Below, in pieces: positions 40,630 through 50,252 of a stretch of DNA of 64,000 bases. The position numbers and the translations under genes were made by a program. Source of the DNA: an uncultured Geminicoccaceae bacterium (GTDB taxonomy: Bacteria; Pseudomonadota; Alphaproteobacteria; Geminicoccales; Geminicoccaceae); assembly GCA_964460465.1 (NCBI GenBank), contig CAYWSB010000001.1, positions 14,577 to 78,576 on the forward strand, read 5' to 3'. Within the stretch, counting starts at the first letter, position 1; the number at the start of each line of letters is the position of its first letter. The notes under the pieces are model-generated. The model did no database searches, was not told the origin of the DNA, and worked only from the letters and a program-made list of their open reading frames with translations.

Positions 40630-41982
40630 TTGACGGCAGGTGCATTCCGCGAGTCGTTCCGGCTGGCCTGGCCGCTCGTTCTCTCCAATCTCTCGGTCCC
40701 GCTGCTCGGCATGGTCGACACCGCCGTGGTCGGCCATTTGCCGGAGCCGCATGCGCTGGGCGGGGTGGCGCTGGGGGCCAATCTCGCCTCGGCGCTCTAT
40801 TTCGCCTTCGGCTTCCTGCGGATGGGCACCACGGCCCTGACCGCCCAGGCGTTCGGCGCCGGCGACGATCTGGCGCTCCGCACCACCGCCTGGCGGGCGT
40901 TCGTCCTGGCCGCCGGCATCGGCCTCCTGGCGATGGCCATCATCCCGCTGGCGCTGGGCCTCGGCAGTACCCTGTTCGCCCCGGAGCCCGCGATCGACGC
41001 CGAGTTCCGCGGCTATCTCTCGATCCGGCTCCTGGGCGCCCCCCTGGCGCTGGCCAACGCCGTGATCCTCGGCTGGCTTCTCGGCATGCAGGATGCCCGC
41101 GGCCCGCTGCTCCTGCTGATCGTTACCAACCTCGTCAACGCCGGGCTCGACATCCTCTTCGTCTGGGGGCTGGGCTTCACCGCCCCCGGCGTGGCGCTGG
41201 CCACCGTCCTGGCCGAGGGCTTCGGCCTCGTCCTCGGCATCTGGCTGATGCGCCGGCATCTGCGCAGGCTGGCGGTGCAGGTGACACCGTCCAGGGCACA
41301 GGTCCTGGATCTCGCCGCCTTCCAGCGGCTCTTTCGCATCAACCGCGACCTCTTCCTGCGCACGGTCGTGCTGCAGGCGGCGTTCCTGAGCTTCATGGCC
41401 CTGGCCTCGCGCCAGGGCCCGGTCTTCCTCGCCGCCAACGCCGTCCTGATGCACTTCTTCATGCTGGCGAGCCACGGGCTCGACGGCTTCGCCTATGCCG
41501 CCGAGGCGATGGTCGGCCGGGCGGTCGGGGCGCGGAATGCGTCGGCCCTGCGCGCCGCCGCCAGGGCGGGCTTCGTCAATGCCGGTCTCCTCGCGGTCCT
41601 GATCGGCCTCGCCTTCTGGCTCGCCGCCCCCTCGATCATCGGCCTCCTGACCGCGATCGAGCCGGTGCGGGCGACCGCCCTCGACTACCGCCCGGTGGTA
41701 GCCGTCCTGCCGTTGATCGCGATCTGGGCGTTCCTCTTCGACGGCATCTTCATCGGTGCCACCCGGACGGCCGAGCTCAGGAACGCCATGGTCGGCGCGA
41801 TCGTCGCCTACGCCGTCGCCGCCGCGGCGCTGGTGCCCGCCTTCGGCAATCCAGGGCTCTGGGCGGCGCTGCTCGTGTTCATGGCCGCACGAGGGCTGCT
41901 GCTGGCGCTCGTCTATCGCCGCGCCGGCTTCGGCGCCTCGTTCGTGGCGGCCCCGTCCACCGGCGGTGCCGCCCCCGGCTGA
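40630..41982 (+). CDS. MATE-family efflux transporter (DinF-like)
   Basis: FRLAWPLVLSNLSVPLLGMVDTAVVGHL N-terminus, 12 TM, TTG start. Confidence 0.85.
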   Translation: MTAGAFRESFRLAWPLVLSNLSVPLLGMVDTAVVGHLPEPHALGGVALGANLASALYFAFGFLRMGTTALTAQAFGAGDDLALRTTAWRAFVLAAGIGLLAMAIIPLALGLGSTLFAPEPAIDAEFRGYLSIRLLGAPLALANAVILGWLLGMQDARGPLLLLIVTNLVNAGLDILFVWGLGFTAPGVALATVLAEGFGLVLGIWLMRRHLRRLAVQVTPSRAQVLDLAAFQRLFRINRDLFLRTVVLQAAFLSFMALASRQGPVFLAANAVLMHFFMLASHGLDGFAYAAEAMVGRAVGARNASALRAAARAGFVNAGLLAVLIGLAFWLAAPSIIGLLTAIEPVRATALDYRPVVAVLPLIAIWAFLFDGIFIGATRTAELRNAMVGAIVAYAVAAAALVPAFGNPGLWAALLVFMAARGLLLALVYRRAGFGASFVAAPSTGGAAPG

Positions 41983-42773
41983 CGGCCGAAGGGGGCAAGG
42001 AGGAGCCTGGGAAAGGAGCGGTCGCGCATTCGCTCCACACCGATCCTCATGCCGGCGAAGCGCTCGGTGGCACTCTTCGAGCGGAACAGGCGGTCCCAGA
42101 AGCTGAAGATAGTGCCGTAGTTGCTGTCGGTGTCCGCCCGGATCGCGTGGTGGTGCACCCAGTGGATCGAGGGGGTGATCACGACCTTGGCGAGCGCCCG
42201 CTCGAGCCGGGCAGGGATCCGTGCGTCCGAGTGGTGGAAGATGGCCGAGGCCAGGATCAGCGCCTCGAAGACGACGACCGCGACGAGCGAGATGTCGAGG
42301 GCGACGACGACGGCCGCGCGGACCAGCGCCGAGAGCACCACCTCGCCGAAATGGAAGCGCACGGCGCTCGTGGTGTCGAGCAGCTCGTCGAGGTGGTGGA
42401 CCTGGTGGAAGCGCCAGAGGAACGGCAGCTCGTGGTTGGCCCGGTGCCACCAGTAGATCCATAGATCGAGGATCAGGATGTCGATGGCGAGGCCCCACCA
42501 GCCGTCCAGAAAGGTCGGCCGGAGGCCGAGCGAGAAGCCGCTGGCCCACCAGGTGACCGGCAGCACGATCAGCGGCGAGAGCAGGGCATTGAGGCTGAAG
42601 AGGCCGAGATTCCTGGTCAGCCGGCGCCAGGCCGCGGCGGTGCTCCGGCCGAGCCGGACGAGCAGCGGGCTGTCCTCCGCCGGCCGCAGCCGCTCCGCCA
42701 GGGCAAAGACGACGAAGAAGGCCAGCACCAGGGCGGTCTTGAACGCGATCGCGATTTCGAGGCTCGGCTCCAT
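41913..42773 (-). CDS. fatty acid hydroxylase / sterol desaturase-family membrane protein
   Basis: His boxes HRANH, HQVHH, HHSDAR and HWVHHH. Confidence 0.8.
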   Translation of the reverse strand: MEPSLEIAIAFKTALVLAFFVVFALAERLRPAEDSPLLVRLGRSTAAAWRRLTRNLGLFSLNALLSPLIVLPVTWWASGFSLGLRPTFLDGWWGLAIDILILDLWIYWWHRANHELPFLWRFHQVHHLDELLDTTSAVRFHFGEVVLSALVRAAVVVALDISLVAVVVFEALILASAIFHHSDARIPARLERALAKVVITPSIHWVHHHAIRADTDSNYGTIFSFWDRLFRSKSATERFAGMRIGVERMRDRSFPRLLLAPFGRQPGAAPPVDGAATNEAPKPARR

Positions 42774-42823
42774 GGCCAGGGATATGGCGCCCCTGCGGCG
42801 TCGGCGCCAGCTTGGCGCGACAT

Positions 42824-42853
42824 CTTGAACGCGCCGTGATTGCTGCCCACCTC
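42824..42853 (+). promoter_or_regulatory. candidate sigma-32-type promoter for hsp20
   Basis: CTTGAA (42824-42829), 16-nt spacer, CCCACCTC (42846-42853). Confidence 0.3.
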
Positions 42854-42857
42854 AAGC

Positions 42858-42941
42858 GCGTGGATGCCGCCCGGGTCCACGCCCGTCACTGCCCGGTTGC
42901 CAAGCAACGGGCCCGCACTGGTTGCTCCTGGAGGACTGGTC
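42858..42941 (+). ncRNA. ROSE-like RNA thermometer (5' UTR of hsp20)
   Basis: Three hairpins: GCGTGGA/TCCACGC (42858-42882), GCCCGGTTGC-caa-GCAACGGGC (42891-42912), and an SD hairpin UUGCUCC-U-GGAGGA (42922-42935). The last has a G-G mismatch opposite the SD, as in rhizobial ROSE elements. ATG at 42942. Confidence 0.5.
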
Positions 42942-43454
42942 ATGCGCAGCTTCGATCTCTCGCCGCTCTTTCGCTCCTCGGTCGGCTTCGACCAGCTCGA
43001 CAAGATGTTCGACACGGCCTTTCGCGAGGCCGCCCGCGACACCTCGTACCCGCCCTACAACATCGCCAAGGTCAGCGCCGATGCCTACCGCATCACCATG
43101 GCGGTCGCCGGCTTCGGCAATGCCGATCTCGACCTCACCGTCCACGACAACATGCTGATCGTGAAGGGCCAGATCGCCCGGCCGGAGAAGGAGGTCGAGT
43201 ACCTGCATCGCGGCATCGCCCAGCGCGCCTTCGAGCACCGCTTCCAGCTCGCCGACCACATCAAGGTGGTGGGTGCCGACCTCACCAACGGCCTGCTCGA
43301 CATTCACCTCAAGCGCGAAGTTCCCGAGCAGATGAAGCCGCGCAAGGTGGCGATTGGCGGCGACGCCGGCAGCGGCAAGGGCGGTGCCACGATCGAGCAC
43401 GCCCGGCCGGAGGCGGCTCCCAAGGCGCGCAGCGCTGCCACCGGCAGCGCCTGA
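42942..43454 (+). CDS. small heat-shock protein (Hsp20/IbpA family)
   Basis: YPPYNI...AVAGF...L.V....L.V.G, alpha-crystallin domain, GLLDIHLKRE. Confidence 0.9.
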   Translation: MRSFDLSPLFRSSVGFDQLDKMFDTAFREAARDTSYPPYNIAKVSADAYRITMAVAGFGNADLDLTVHDNMLIVKGQIARPEKEVEYLHRGIAQRAFEHRFQLADHIKVVGADLTNGLLDIHLKREVPEQMKPRKVAIGGDAGSGKGGATIEHARPEAAPKARSAATGSA

Positions 43455-43469
43455 CCGGCTGGATTGTCC

Positions 43470-43497
43470 GGCGGCCGGCGCTGGCCGCCTGCTTGTC
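43470..43497 (+). terminator. possible intrinsic terminator after hsp20
   Basis: GGCGGCC (43470-43476), 6-nt loop, GGCCGCC (43483-43489), followed by TGCTTGTC. Confidence 0.35.
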
Positions 43498-43529
43498 GCC
43501 AGGGTAGGGCTCGGCTATAGCGCCGGGCC

Positions 43530-44336
43530 ATGCCAGCCGTCACGTCGCTCCCGCTCGTCGGGGTCACCGCCTGCCGCGTCGCCACGGGCCACGCGACGGT
43601 CCATCGCGTCGTCGACAAGTATCTGGACGCGGTGATCGAGGCGGCCGGCTGCCTGCCGTTCATCATTCCGGCCGTGGGTGCGACCGTGCTGCCCGAGGCA
43701 TGGCTCGAGCGGCTCGACGGCGTGCTGCTCACCGGCAGCCCGTCCAATGTCGACCCGGCGCTCTACGACGGCGGCCTGCGCCCCGAGGGCGATCCCGCCG
43801 ATCCGCACCGCGACGCCACGACCCTGCCGCTCATCCGGGCCTGCATCGCCCATGGCGTGCCGCTCCTGGCGCTCTGCCGCGGCATTCAGGAGCTGAATGT
43901 CGCGCTCGGCGGCTCGCTGCACGGCCGGCTGCACATGGTGCCGGGCCGGGCCGACCACCGCTCCGACAAAACGCTGGGCTATGCCGATCGCTATCGGCCG
44001 AGCCACCTCGTCCGGCTGGCCCCGGGCGGGATGCTGGACAGGCTGCTCGGCGACCTCGCCGGGCCGAACGGCCAGCTCATGGTCAACTCGCTGCACGGCC
44101 AGGGCATCGACCGCCTCGCCCCCGGCCTCGCCGTCGAGGCCACGGCGCCCGACGGCACCATCGAAGCGGTCACCATGCCGGGTGCCAAGGGCTTCGTTCT
44201 GGCGCTACAGTGGCATCCGGAATGGCGGGCGGCCGAGATCAAGGCGCACCGCCGCCTCTTCGCCGCCTTCGGTGAAGCCTGCCGCAACCAGCAATTGTCG
44301 AGAGGATCGCATGAGCGATCTCGAGCCGTGGCTTAA
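43530..44336 (+). CDS. gamma-glutamyl-gamma-aminobutyrate hydrolase-type amidotransferase (peptidase C26, PuuD-like)
   Basis: LLTGSPSNVDP, LALCRGIQELNVALGG (nucleophile Cys), LQWHPE motifs. Confidence 0.8.
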   Translation: MPAVTSLPLVGVTACRVATGHATVHRVVDKYLDAVIEAAGCLPFIIPAVGATVLPEAWLERLDGVLLTGSPSNVDPALYDGGLRPEGDPADPHRDATTLPLIRACIAHGVPLLALCRGIQELNVALGGSLHGRLHMVPGRADHRSDKTLGYADRYRPSHLVRLAPGGMLDRLLGDLAGPNGQLMVNSLHGQGIDRLAPGLAVEATAPDGTIEAVTMPGAKGFVLALQWHPEWRAAEIKAHRRLFAAFGEACRNQQLSRGSHERSRAVA

Positions 44337-45651
44337 AGAGCACCGCATCACCGAGGTCGAGTGCATCGTCGCCGACATCAACGGCATCGCCCGCGGCAAG
44401 ATCCTGCCGGGCTTCAAGTTCCTGCGCTCGATCGGGGACGACGGTCTCAGGCTGCCGGAGAGCATCTTCATCCAGACGGTGACCGGCGACTATCCCGAGG
44501 GCGATCTCATCGACCCGGTCAACCGCGACGTCCGTCTGCGCCCCGATCCGGCGACCATCCGGCTGGTACCCTGGTACGAGGAGCCCACGGCGCAGGTCAT
44601 CGCCGACGCCTTCCACCACGACGGGACACCGGTCGAGACGGCGTCCCGGCAGGTATTGCGCCGCGTGCTCGGCCTCTATGCCGAGCGCGGCTGGCGGCCG
44701 GTCGTGGCGCCCGAGCTCGAGTTCTTCCTGACCAAGATCAACACCGATCCCGATTACCCGCTCGAGCCGCCGATCGGGCGCAGCAGGCGGCCGGAGACCT
44801 CGCGGCAGGCCTACGGCATCGAGGCCGCCAACGAGTTCGATCCGGTCTTCGAGGACGTCTACGACTGGTGCGAGAAGCAGGAGATCGACATCGACACGCT
44901 CGCCCACGAGGCCGGGGCGGCGCAGATGGAGATCAACTTCAACCACGGCGACCCGCTCGAGCTCGCCGACCAGGCGTTCCTCTTCAAGCGCACGCTGCGC
45001 CAGGCCGCGCTCAAGCACGGCATCTACGCCACCTTCATGGCCAAGCCCCTGCAGAACGAGCCCGGCAGCTCGATGCACATCCACCAGAGCCTGTACTCGA
45101 TCGCGACCGGGGAGAACCTGTTCGCCGGTAGCAGAGGCGGTTATTCCGACCTCTTCCTCAACCACATCGCCGGTCTGCAGCGCTTCCTGCCGGCCGCCAT
45201 GCCGCTGCTGGCGCCAAACGTGAACTCGTATCGCCGTCTGCGCCGCTACTCCGACGCGCCCATTAATGTCCAATGGGGCTGGGAGAACCGCACCGTCGGT
45301 TTGCGCGTGCCCGAATCGGACGGCCAGTCGCGCCGGGTGGAGAACCGGGTCGCCGGAGCCGACGCCAACCCCTATCTCGCCATCGCGGCGTCGCTGGCCT
45401 GCGGCTGGCTCGGCATGGTTGAGGAGCTCGAGCCCACCGACCAGGTCAAGGGCAGCGCCTACCGCCTCGCCCAGACCCTGCCGCAGCAGCTGCCCGACGG
45501 GCTGCGGAAGCTGAACAGCTCGGCCCAGCTCAAGGAGGCGCTGGGCGAGGACTTCGTGCGGGTGCTGATCGCGGTCAAGCAGGCCGAGCATGAAGCGTAT
45601 CAGAGTGTGATCAGCTCGTGGGAACGCGAGCATTTGCTGTTGAACGTCTGA
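44311..45651 (+). CDS. glutamine synthetase-family gamma-glutamylpolyamine synthetase (PuuA/SpuB-like)
   Basis: GS beta-grasp and catalytic blocks (PELEFFL, HEAGAAQMEINF, ATFMAKP...GSSMHIHQS, NRTVGLRVP); GAGAGGA RBS. Confidence 0.85.
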   Translation: MSDLEPWLKEHRITEVECIVADINGIARGKILPGFKFLRSIGDDGLRLPESIFIQTVTGDYPEGDLIDPVNRDVRLRPDPATIRLVPWYEEPTAQVIADAFHHDGTPVETASRQVLRRVLGLYAERGWRPVVAPELEFFLTKINTDPDYPLEPPIGRSRRPETSRQAYGIEAANEFDPVFEDVYDWCEKQEIDIDTLAHEAGAAQMEINFNHGDPLELADQAFLFKRTLRQAALKHGIYATFMAKPLQNEPGSSMHIHQSLYSIATGENLFAGSRGGYSDLFLNHIAGLQRFLPAAMPLLAPNVNSYRRLRRYSDAPINVQWGWENRTVGLRVPESDGQSRRVENRVAGADANPYLAIAASLACGWLGMVEELEPTDQVKGSAYRLAQTLPQQLPDGLRKLNSSAQLKEALGEDFVRVLIAVKQAEHEAYQSVISSWEREHLLLNV

Positions 45652-45761
45652 CGCTTGCAGGCGACGCTGCGCCGCAATGCCGTGCCGGAGAGCCGGCTTG
45701 CCGCGTGTCCGGGCGCCTGCCAAGTGAGAAGCCGATCGCCGTCGACCGACAGGAACAGCCA

Positions 45762-47129
45762 ATGCCCTCGAGTGCCGAGACCCGACGCTGGCGCGAGCTC
45801 GATGCCCGCCACCACTTCCACCCGTTCACGGTCTTCCCCGATCTCGAGGCCAAGGGCAGCCGGATCATCACCCGGGCCGAGGGCTGCCACATCTGGGATT
45901 CGCTGGGCAACCGGATCATCGACGGCATGGCCGGCCTCTGGTGCGTGAATGTCGGCTACGGCCGCGAGCGGCTGGCCCGGGTCGCCTTCGAGCAGCTGCA
46001 GGAGCTGCCCTACTACAACGCCTTCTTCCAGACGGCGACCGTGCCCTCGATCGAGCTCGCGGCCAAGCTGGCCGAGATCCTGCCGCCGGGCCTGAACCGC
46101 CTGTTCTATGCGAGCTCGGGCTCTGAGGCCAACGACACCATCGTCAAGTCCGTCTGGTATTACTGGAACCTCTTGGGCAAGCCCGAGAAGAAGAACTTCA
46201 TCAGTCGCACGCTCGGCTATCACGGTGTCGGCCTGGGCTCGGCGAGCCTCACCGGCATGCGCTTCATGCACGAGCCGTTCGACCTGCCGCTGCCGCGCTT
46301 TCACCACATCGGCAACCCCTACTGGTTCGCCGAGGGCGGCGACCTCGACCCGGACGCGTTCGGCCGGGTGGCGGCGGGCTGGCTCGAGGCGAAGATTCTT
46401 GAGTTGGGGCCGGAAAGCGTCGCGGCCTTCGTCGCCGAGCCGATCCAGGGGGCGGGGGGCGTGATCATCCCGCCCAGGACATACTGGCCCGAGATCCAGC
46501 GCATCTGCCGGCAGTATGACGTGCTGCTGGTGGCCGACGAGGTGATCTGCGGCTTCGGCCGCACCGGCAACTGGTGGGGCTCGGACACCTTCGAGATCGC
46601 GCCGGACATCATGCCGATGGCCAAGGGCCTGTCGTCGGGCTACCTGCCGATCGCGGCCGTGGCGTTCCACGACCGGATCGCCGACGTGCTGGCGGCCTCG
46701 GGCATCGAGTATGCGCACGGGGTGACCTATCACGGCCATCCGGCGGCGGCGGCGGTGGCGCTCGAGAACATCCGAATCATGGAGGAGGAGGGCCTGCACA
46801 CCCGGGCCGCCGGGCCGATCGGTGCCTATTTCCGCGACCGGCTGGCGACGCTCGCCGACCACCCGCTCGTCGGCGAGGTGCGGAGCTGCGGCCTCATCGC
46901 CTGCGTCGAACTCGTCCAGGACAAGGCCACGCGCACGCCCTGGCCGGCAGCGCGCAAGGTCGGGCTCGCCTGCCGCGAGCACTGCTTCGACAACGGCCTG
47001 GTGATGCGGGCGATCCGCGACGGCATGGTGCTCTCGCCACCCCTGGTGATCGACGAGGCCGGGATCGACGAGATCGTGGGCAAGGCGGCACGGGCCTTCG
47101 ACCTGACCCTGGCCGACCTCGGGGGCTAG
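45762..47129 (+). CDS. class III (omega) aminotransferase, putrescine/beta-alanine-pyruvate type
   Basis: GLWCVNVGYGRE, SGSEANDT, LLVADEVICGFGRTG, MAKGLSSGYLPI (PLP Lys). Confidence 0.85.
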   Translation: MPSSAETRRWRELDARHHFHPFTVFPDLEAKGSRIITRAEGCHIWDSLGNRIIDGMAGLWCVNVGYGRERLARVAFEQLQELPYYNAFFQTATVPSIELAAKLAEILPPGLNRLFYASSGSEANDTIVKSVWYYWNLLGKPEKKNFISRTLGYHGVGLGSASLTGMRFMHEPFDLPLPRFHHIGNPYWFAEGGDLDPDAFGRVAAGWLEAKILELGPESVAAFVAEPIQGAGGVIIPPRTYWPEIQRICRQYDVLLVADEVICGFGRTGNWWGSDTFEIAPDIMPMAKGLSSGYLPIAAVAFHDRIADVLAASGIEYAHGVTYHGHPAAAAVALENIRIMEEEGLHTRAAGPIGAYFRDRLATLADHPLVGEVRSCGLIACVELVQDKATRTPWPAARKVGLACREHCFDNGLVMRAIRDGMVLSPPLVIDEAGIDEIVGKAARAFDLTLADLGG

Positions 47130-47142
47130 CGGGGCGCCGCCG

Positions 47143-48924
47143 ATGGACGCGTCGCAGATCACCCTGGTGCTGCTCCTGGCGGCCATCCTCGTGGGCTTCG
47201 TCTGGGGGCGCTTTCGCCACGACGTGGTGGCCTTCAGCGGGCTCCTGGCGGCGGTGATCCTGGGCCTGGTGCCCGCCGAGAGCGCCTTTGCCGGGCTCGG
47301 CCACACCGCGACCGTCACCGTGGCCGCGATGCTCATCCTCACCAAGGGGCTGACCGACAGCGGCGCCACGACCCATCTGGTCGAGCTGGTCGGCCGCTTC
47401 ACCCGCACCGTCACCCACCACATCCTGTCGCTTGCCGGGGTGACCGCCCTGCTCTCGACGGTGATGAACAACGTGGGTGCGCTGGCGCTCACCATGCCGG
47501 TCGCCATGCAGACGGCAGCACGCACCGACCGCTCGCCGTCGCTGCTGCTGATGCCGATCTCCTTCGCGGCCCTCCTGGGCGGGCTCGTCACACTGATCGG
47601 CACGCCGCCCAACATCATCGCCGCCAGCTACCGCCAGGGGCAGACCGGCGAGGCGTTCCACATGTTCGACTTCACCTGGGTGGGGCTGCCGGTGGCGGTG
47701 GTGGGCGTCGTGTTCATCGCCACCATCGGCTGGCGCTTCCTGCCCCGGGACCGGCGCCGCGCTCCAGGGCTCGAGGACTTCTTCCACATCGGCGACTACG
47801 TGACCGAGATCCGGGTGGCCGAGAAGAATCCGCTCCTGGGCCGGAGCATCGGTTCGGTCGCCGACACCTTCGCCTCTCTCGACGTGGCGATCCTCGGCCT
47901 CTTGCGCAACGAGCGGCGCGTGCCCAACGTGCCGCGCCGCTTCCAGCTCATGGCCGGCGACGTGCTGATCGTCGAGGCCTCGCCCGCCAACCTGCCCAAG
48001 CTCGTCGAGCGCTTCCAGTTGACGCTCGGTGGCGAGAGTGCGGCCCCTGTAAGTCTCTTGAGCAATGAGGACGTGCGCCTCGCCGAGGTGGTCATCAAGC
48101 CGGGCTCGGAGCTCGACGGCCGCTCGGAGGGCCGCTCGCGGCTGGCCCAGCAGTTCAACGTCAACCTCCTGGCGGTGGCGCGCGAGGGCAGCCCGACCCG
48201 CGACCGGCTGGACCGCATCGTGCTCCGGGCGGGCGACGTCCTTTTGCTGCAGGGCGAGATCGCGCGGCTGGCCGAGGTGACCCGGCTGCTCGGCTGCCTG
48301 CCCTTGGCCGAGCGCCGGCTCCAGGTCGGGCAGAGCAAGCGGGCCCTGCCGACGCTCATGATCTTCGCCGCGGCCATCCTCGCGACCTCGGTCGGCCTCC
48401 TGCCCCTGCCGATCGCCCTGGGCTGTGCCGTCGTCGCGATGCTCGTGATCGGCGTGATTCCGCTGCGCGAGCTCTACGATGCCATCGACTGGCCGGTCAT
48501 CATCCTGCTCGCCTCGATGATCCCGATCGGCGACGCGCTGCAGACGACCGGGCTCACCGGTGTCATCGCCACGACCATCGCCGCCCAGTCGGCGGCGCAC
48601 GGGGCGGTGGCGGCGCTGCTGATCGTCTTTGTCTTCACCATGCTGGCAACCGACATCCTCAACAATGCCGCCACCGTGGTCATCATGGCGCCGATCGGGA
48701 TCGGGGTGGCCCAGGTGCTGGGGGTCAATCCCGACACCTTCCTCATGGCCGTGGCGATCGGCGGCTCGTGCGCGTTCCTCACCCCGATCGGCCACCAGAA
48801 CAACACGCTGGTCATGGGCCCGGGCGGCTACGTGTTCGCCGACTACTGGCGCATGGGCCTGCCGCTGCAGGTGATCATCGTCGCCACCGCGATGCCGCTG
48901 CTGCTGCTCTTCTGGCCGCTCTGA
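47143..48924 (+). CDS. SLC13/DASS-family permease with two central TrkA-C domains
   Basis: N- and C-terminal polytopic halves flank two soluble repeats (DYVTEIRV...GDVLIVE and VRLAEVVI...GDVLLLQG). Confidence 0.85.
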   Translation: MDASQITLVLLLAAILVGFVWGRFRHDVVAFSGLLAAVILGLVPAESAFAGLGHTATVTVAAMLILTKGLTDSGATTHLVELVGRFTRTVTHHILSLAGVTALLSTVMNNVGALALTMPVAMQTAARTDRSPSLLLMPISFAALLGGLVTLIGTPPNIIAASYRQGQTGEAFHMFDFTWVGLPVAVVGVVFIATIGWRFLPRDRRRAPGLEDFFHIGDYVTEIRVAEKNPLLGRSIGSVADTFASLDVAILGLLRNERRVPNVPRRFQLMAGDVLIVEASPANLPKLVERFQLTLGGESAAPVSLLSNEDVRLAEVVIKPGSELDGRSEGRSRLAQQFNVNLLAVAREGSPTRDRLDRIVLRAGDVLLLQGEIARLAEVTRLLGCLPLAERRLQVGQSKRALPTLMIFAAAILATSVGLLPLPIALGCAVVAMLVIGVIPLRELYDAIDWPVIILLASMIPIGDALQTTGLTGVIATTIAAQSAAHGAVAALLIVFVFTMLATDILNNAATVVIMAPIGIGVAQVLGVNPDTFLMAVAIGGSCAFLTPIGHQNNTLVMGPGGYVFADYWRMGLPLQVIIVATAMPLLLLFWPL

Positions 48925-48950
48925 GGCTCTGAGCCCGGCCGCAGCAAGGC

Positions 48951-50144
48951 TCAGCCGGCGAGCAGGGCGCGCGTGTGCCGGGCGATGACACCTTCCTCGT
49001 CGGTCGGGACGACGAGCACGGCGACCCTGGAGGCGGGGGTGGAGACGATCTCGGCATGCGCCGCGTTGGCAGCGGGATCGAGCTCGACGCCGAGCCAGGC
49101 GAGGCCCGCCGCGATGTCCTGCCGGAGCCCGGCCGCGTTCTCGCCGATGCCGGCGGTGAAGACCAGCGCGTCGATGCCGCCCATGCCAGCGGCGAGGCCG
49201 CCGATCTCGCGCAGCGCCCGGTGGGTGAAATACGCCATGGCCTCCCGGGCCGCTGTGGTGCCTGCCGCTTCGAGGCGGCGCCAGTCGCCGCTGACGCCCG
49301 AGAGCCCGAGCAGGCCCGATTCCTGGTAGAGCAGGGTCGCGATCGCGTCGCTCGTCATGCCGCGGGCGTCGAGGAGGTACAGGATCACGCCCGGGTCGAG
49401 CTGGCCCGTGCGCGTGCCCATCGGCATGCCGTCGACGGCGGTGAAGCCCATGGTCGAGCCCATGGCCCGGCCGTCGCGGATCGCGCAGAGGCTGGCACCG
49501 TTGCCGAGATGCGCCACCACCACCCGGCCCTTGGCGAGCCCGGGATGCACCTCGGCGAGGTAGCCGCTGACATAGTCGTAGGAGAGACCGTGGAAGCCGT
49601 AGCGGCGCACGCCCTCGTCGTAGTAGTGGCGCGGCAGGGCGAAGGTGTCGGCCACCCAGGGCTGGCGCCGATGGAAGGCGGTGTCGAAGCAGGCGACCTG
49701 CACTGCTTCCGGGAACGCCCCCTTCGCCGCCCGCACGCCCGCGAGGTTGTGCGGCTGGTGCAGGGGGGCGAGCGGGACGAAGCGTTCGAGCCGGTCCAGG
49801 AGCGCGTCGTCGAGGACCATGGGCAGGGCGAAGTCGGGGCCGCCGTGCACCACCCGGTGGCCGACCGCCCGGATCGCCAGCGCCGGGTCGAAGTCGGCGA
49901 TGAAGCCGAGCAGTGCCGCGAGGGCGCGATCGTGCGGGTTGCCCGCCGTCCCGAGCTCGGCCGCCGCGTCACGGGCGACCCTGCCGTCGGGTGTCCTCGC
50001 CTTGAAGTGCGGCGCATCGCCGATGCCGTCGATCTGGCCACGCACCCGCTCGCCGCCCGCCCGCGCACCCGCCGCCGCCTCGACCGCGTAGATCGCGAAC
50101 TTGATCGACGACGAGCCGGCGTTGAGGACCAGAATCGCGTCCAT
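48951..50144 (-). CDS. ackA: acetate (propionate) kinase
   Basis: ILVLNAGSSSIKF, GHRVVHGG, FHGLSY, HLGNGAS, FTAGIGEN motifs; GGAG RBS before ATG 50144. Confidence 0.9.
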   Translation of the reverse strand: MDAILVLNAGSSSIKFAIYAVEAAAGARAGGERVRGQIDGIGDAPHFKARTPDGRVARDAAAELGTAGNPHDRALAALLGFIADFDPALAIRAVGHRVVHGGPDFALPMVLDDALLDRLERFVPLAPLHQPHNLAGVRAAKGAFPEAVQVACFDTAFHRRQPWVADTFALPRHYYDEGVRRYGFHGLSYDYVSGYLAEVHPGLAKGRVVVAHLGNGASLCAIRDGRAMGSTMGFTAVDGMPMGTRTGQLDPGVILYLLDARGMTSDAIATLLYQESGLLGLSGVSGDWRRLEAAGTTAAREAMAYFTHRALREIGGLAAGMGGIDALVFTAGIGENAAGLRQDIAAGLAWLGVELDPAANAAHAEIVSTPASRVAVLVVPTDEEGVIARHTRALLAG

Positions 50145-50252
50145 GCTATTGCTCCAGCGCATCGCGGTTGAACAGTCGGCACGAAGGGTCGAGCAGCGGC
50201 ATCTGGTTGGGGATGCGACACCCTGTAGCAGCCGGCACCGGAGGCAGGCGGC

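Noticed and set aside
48929-48954. Hairpin CTGAGCC-N12-GGCTCAG in the 26-bp gap between the DASS transporter and ackA, considered as a bidirectional terminator
   Set aside because: The stem is 7 bp with a large loop, there is no U-tract on either side, and one arm overlaps the ackA stop codon. The evidence is too weak.
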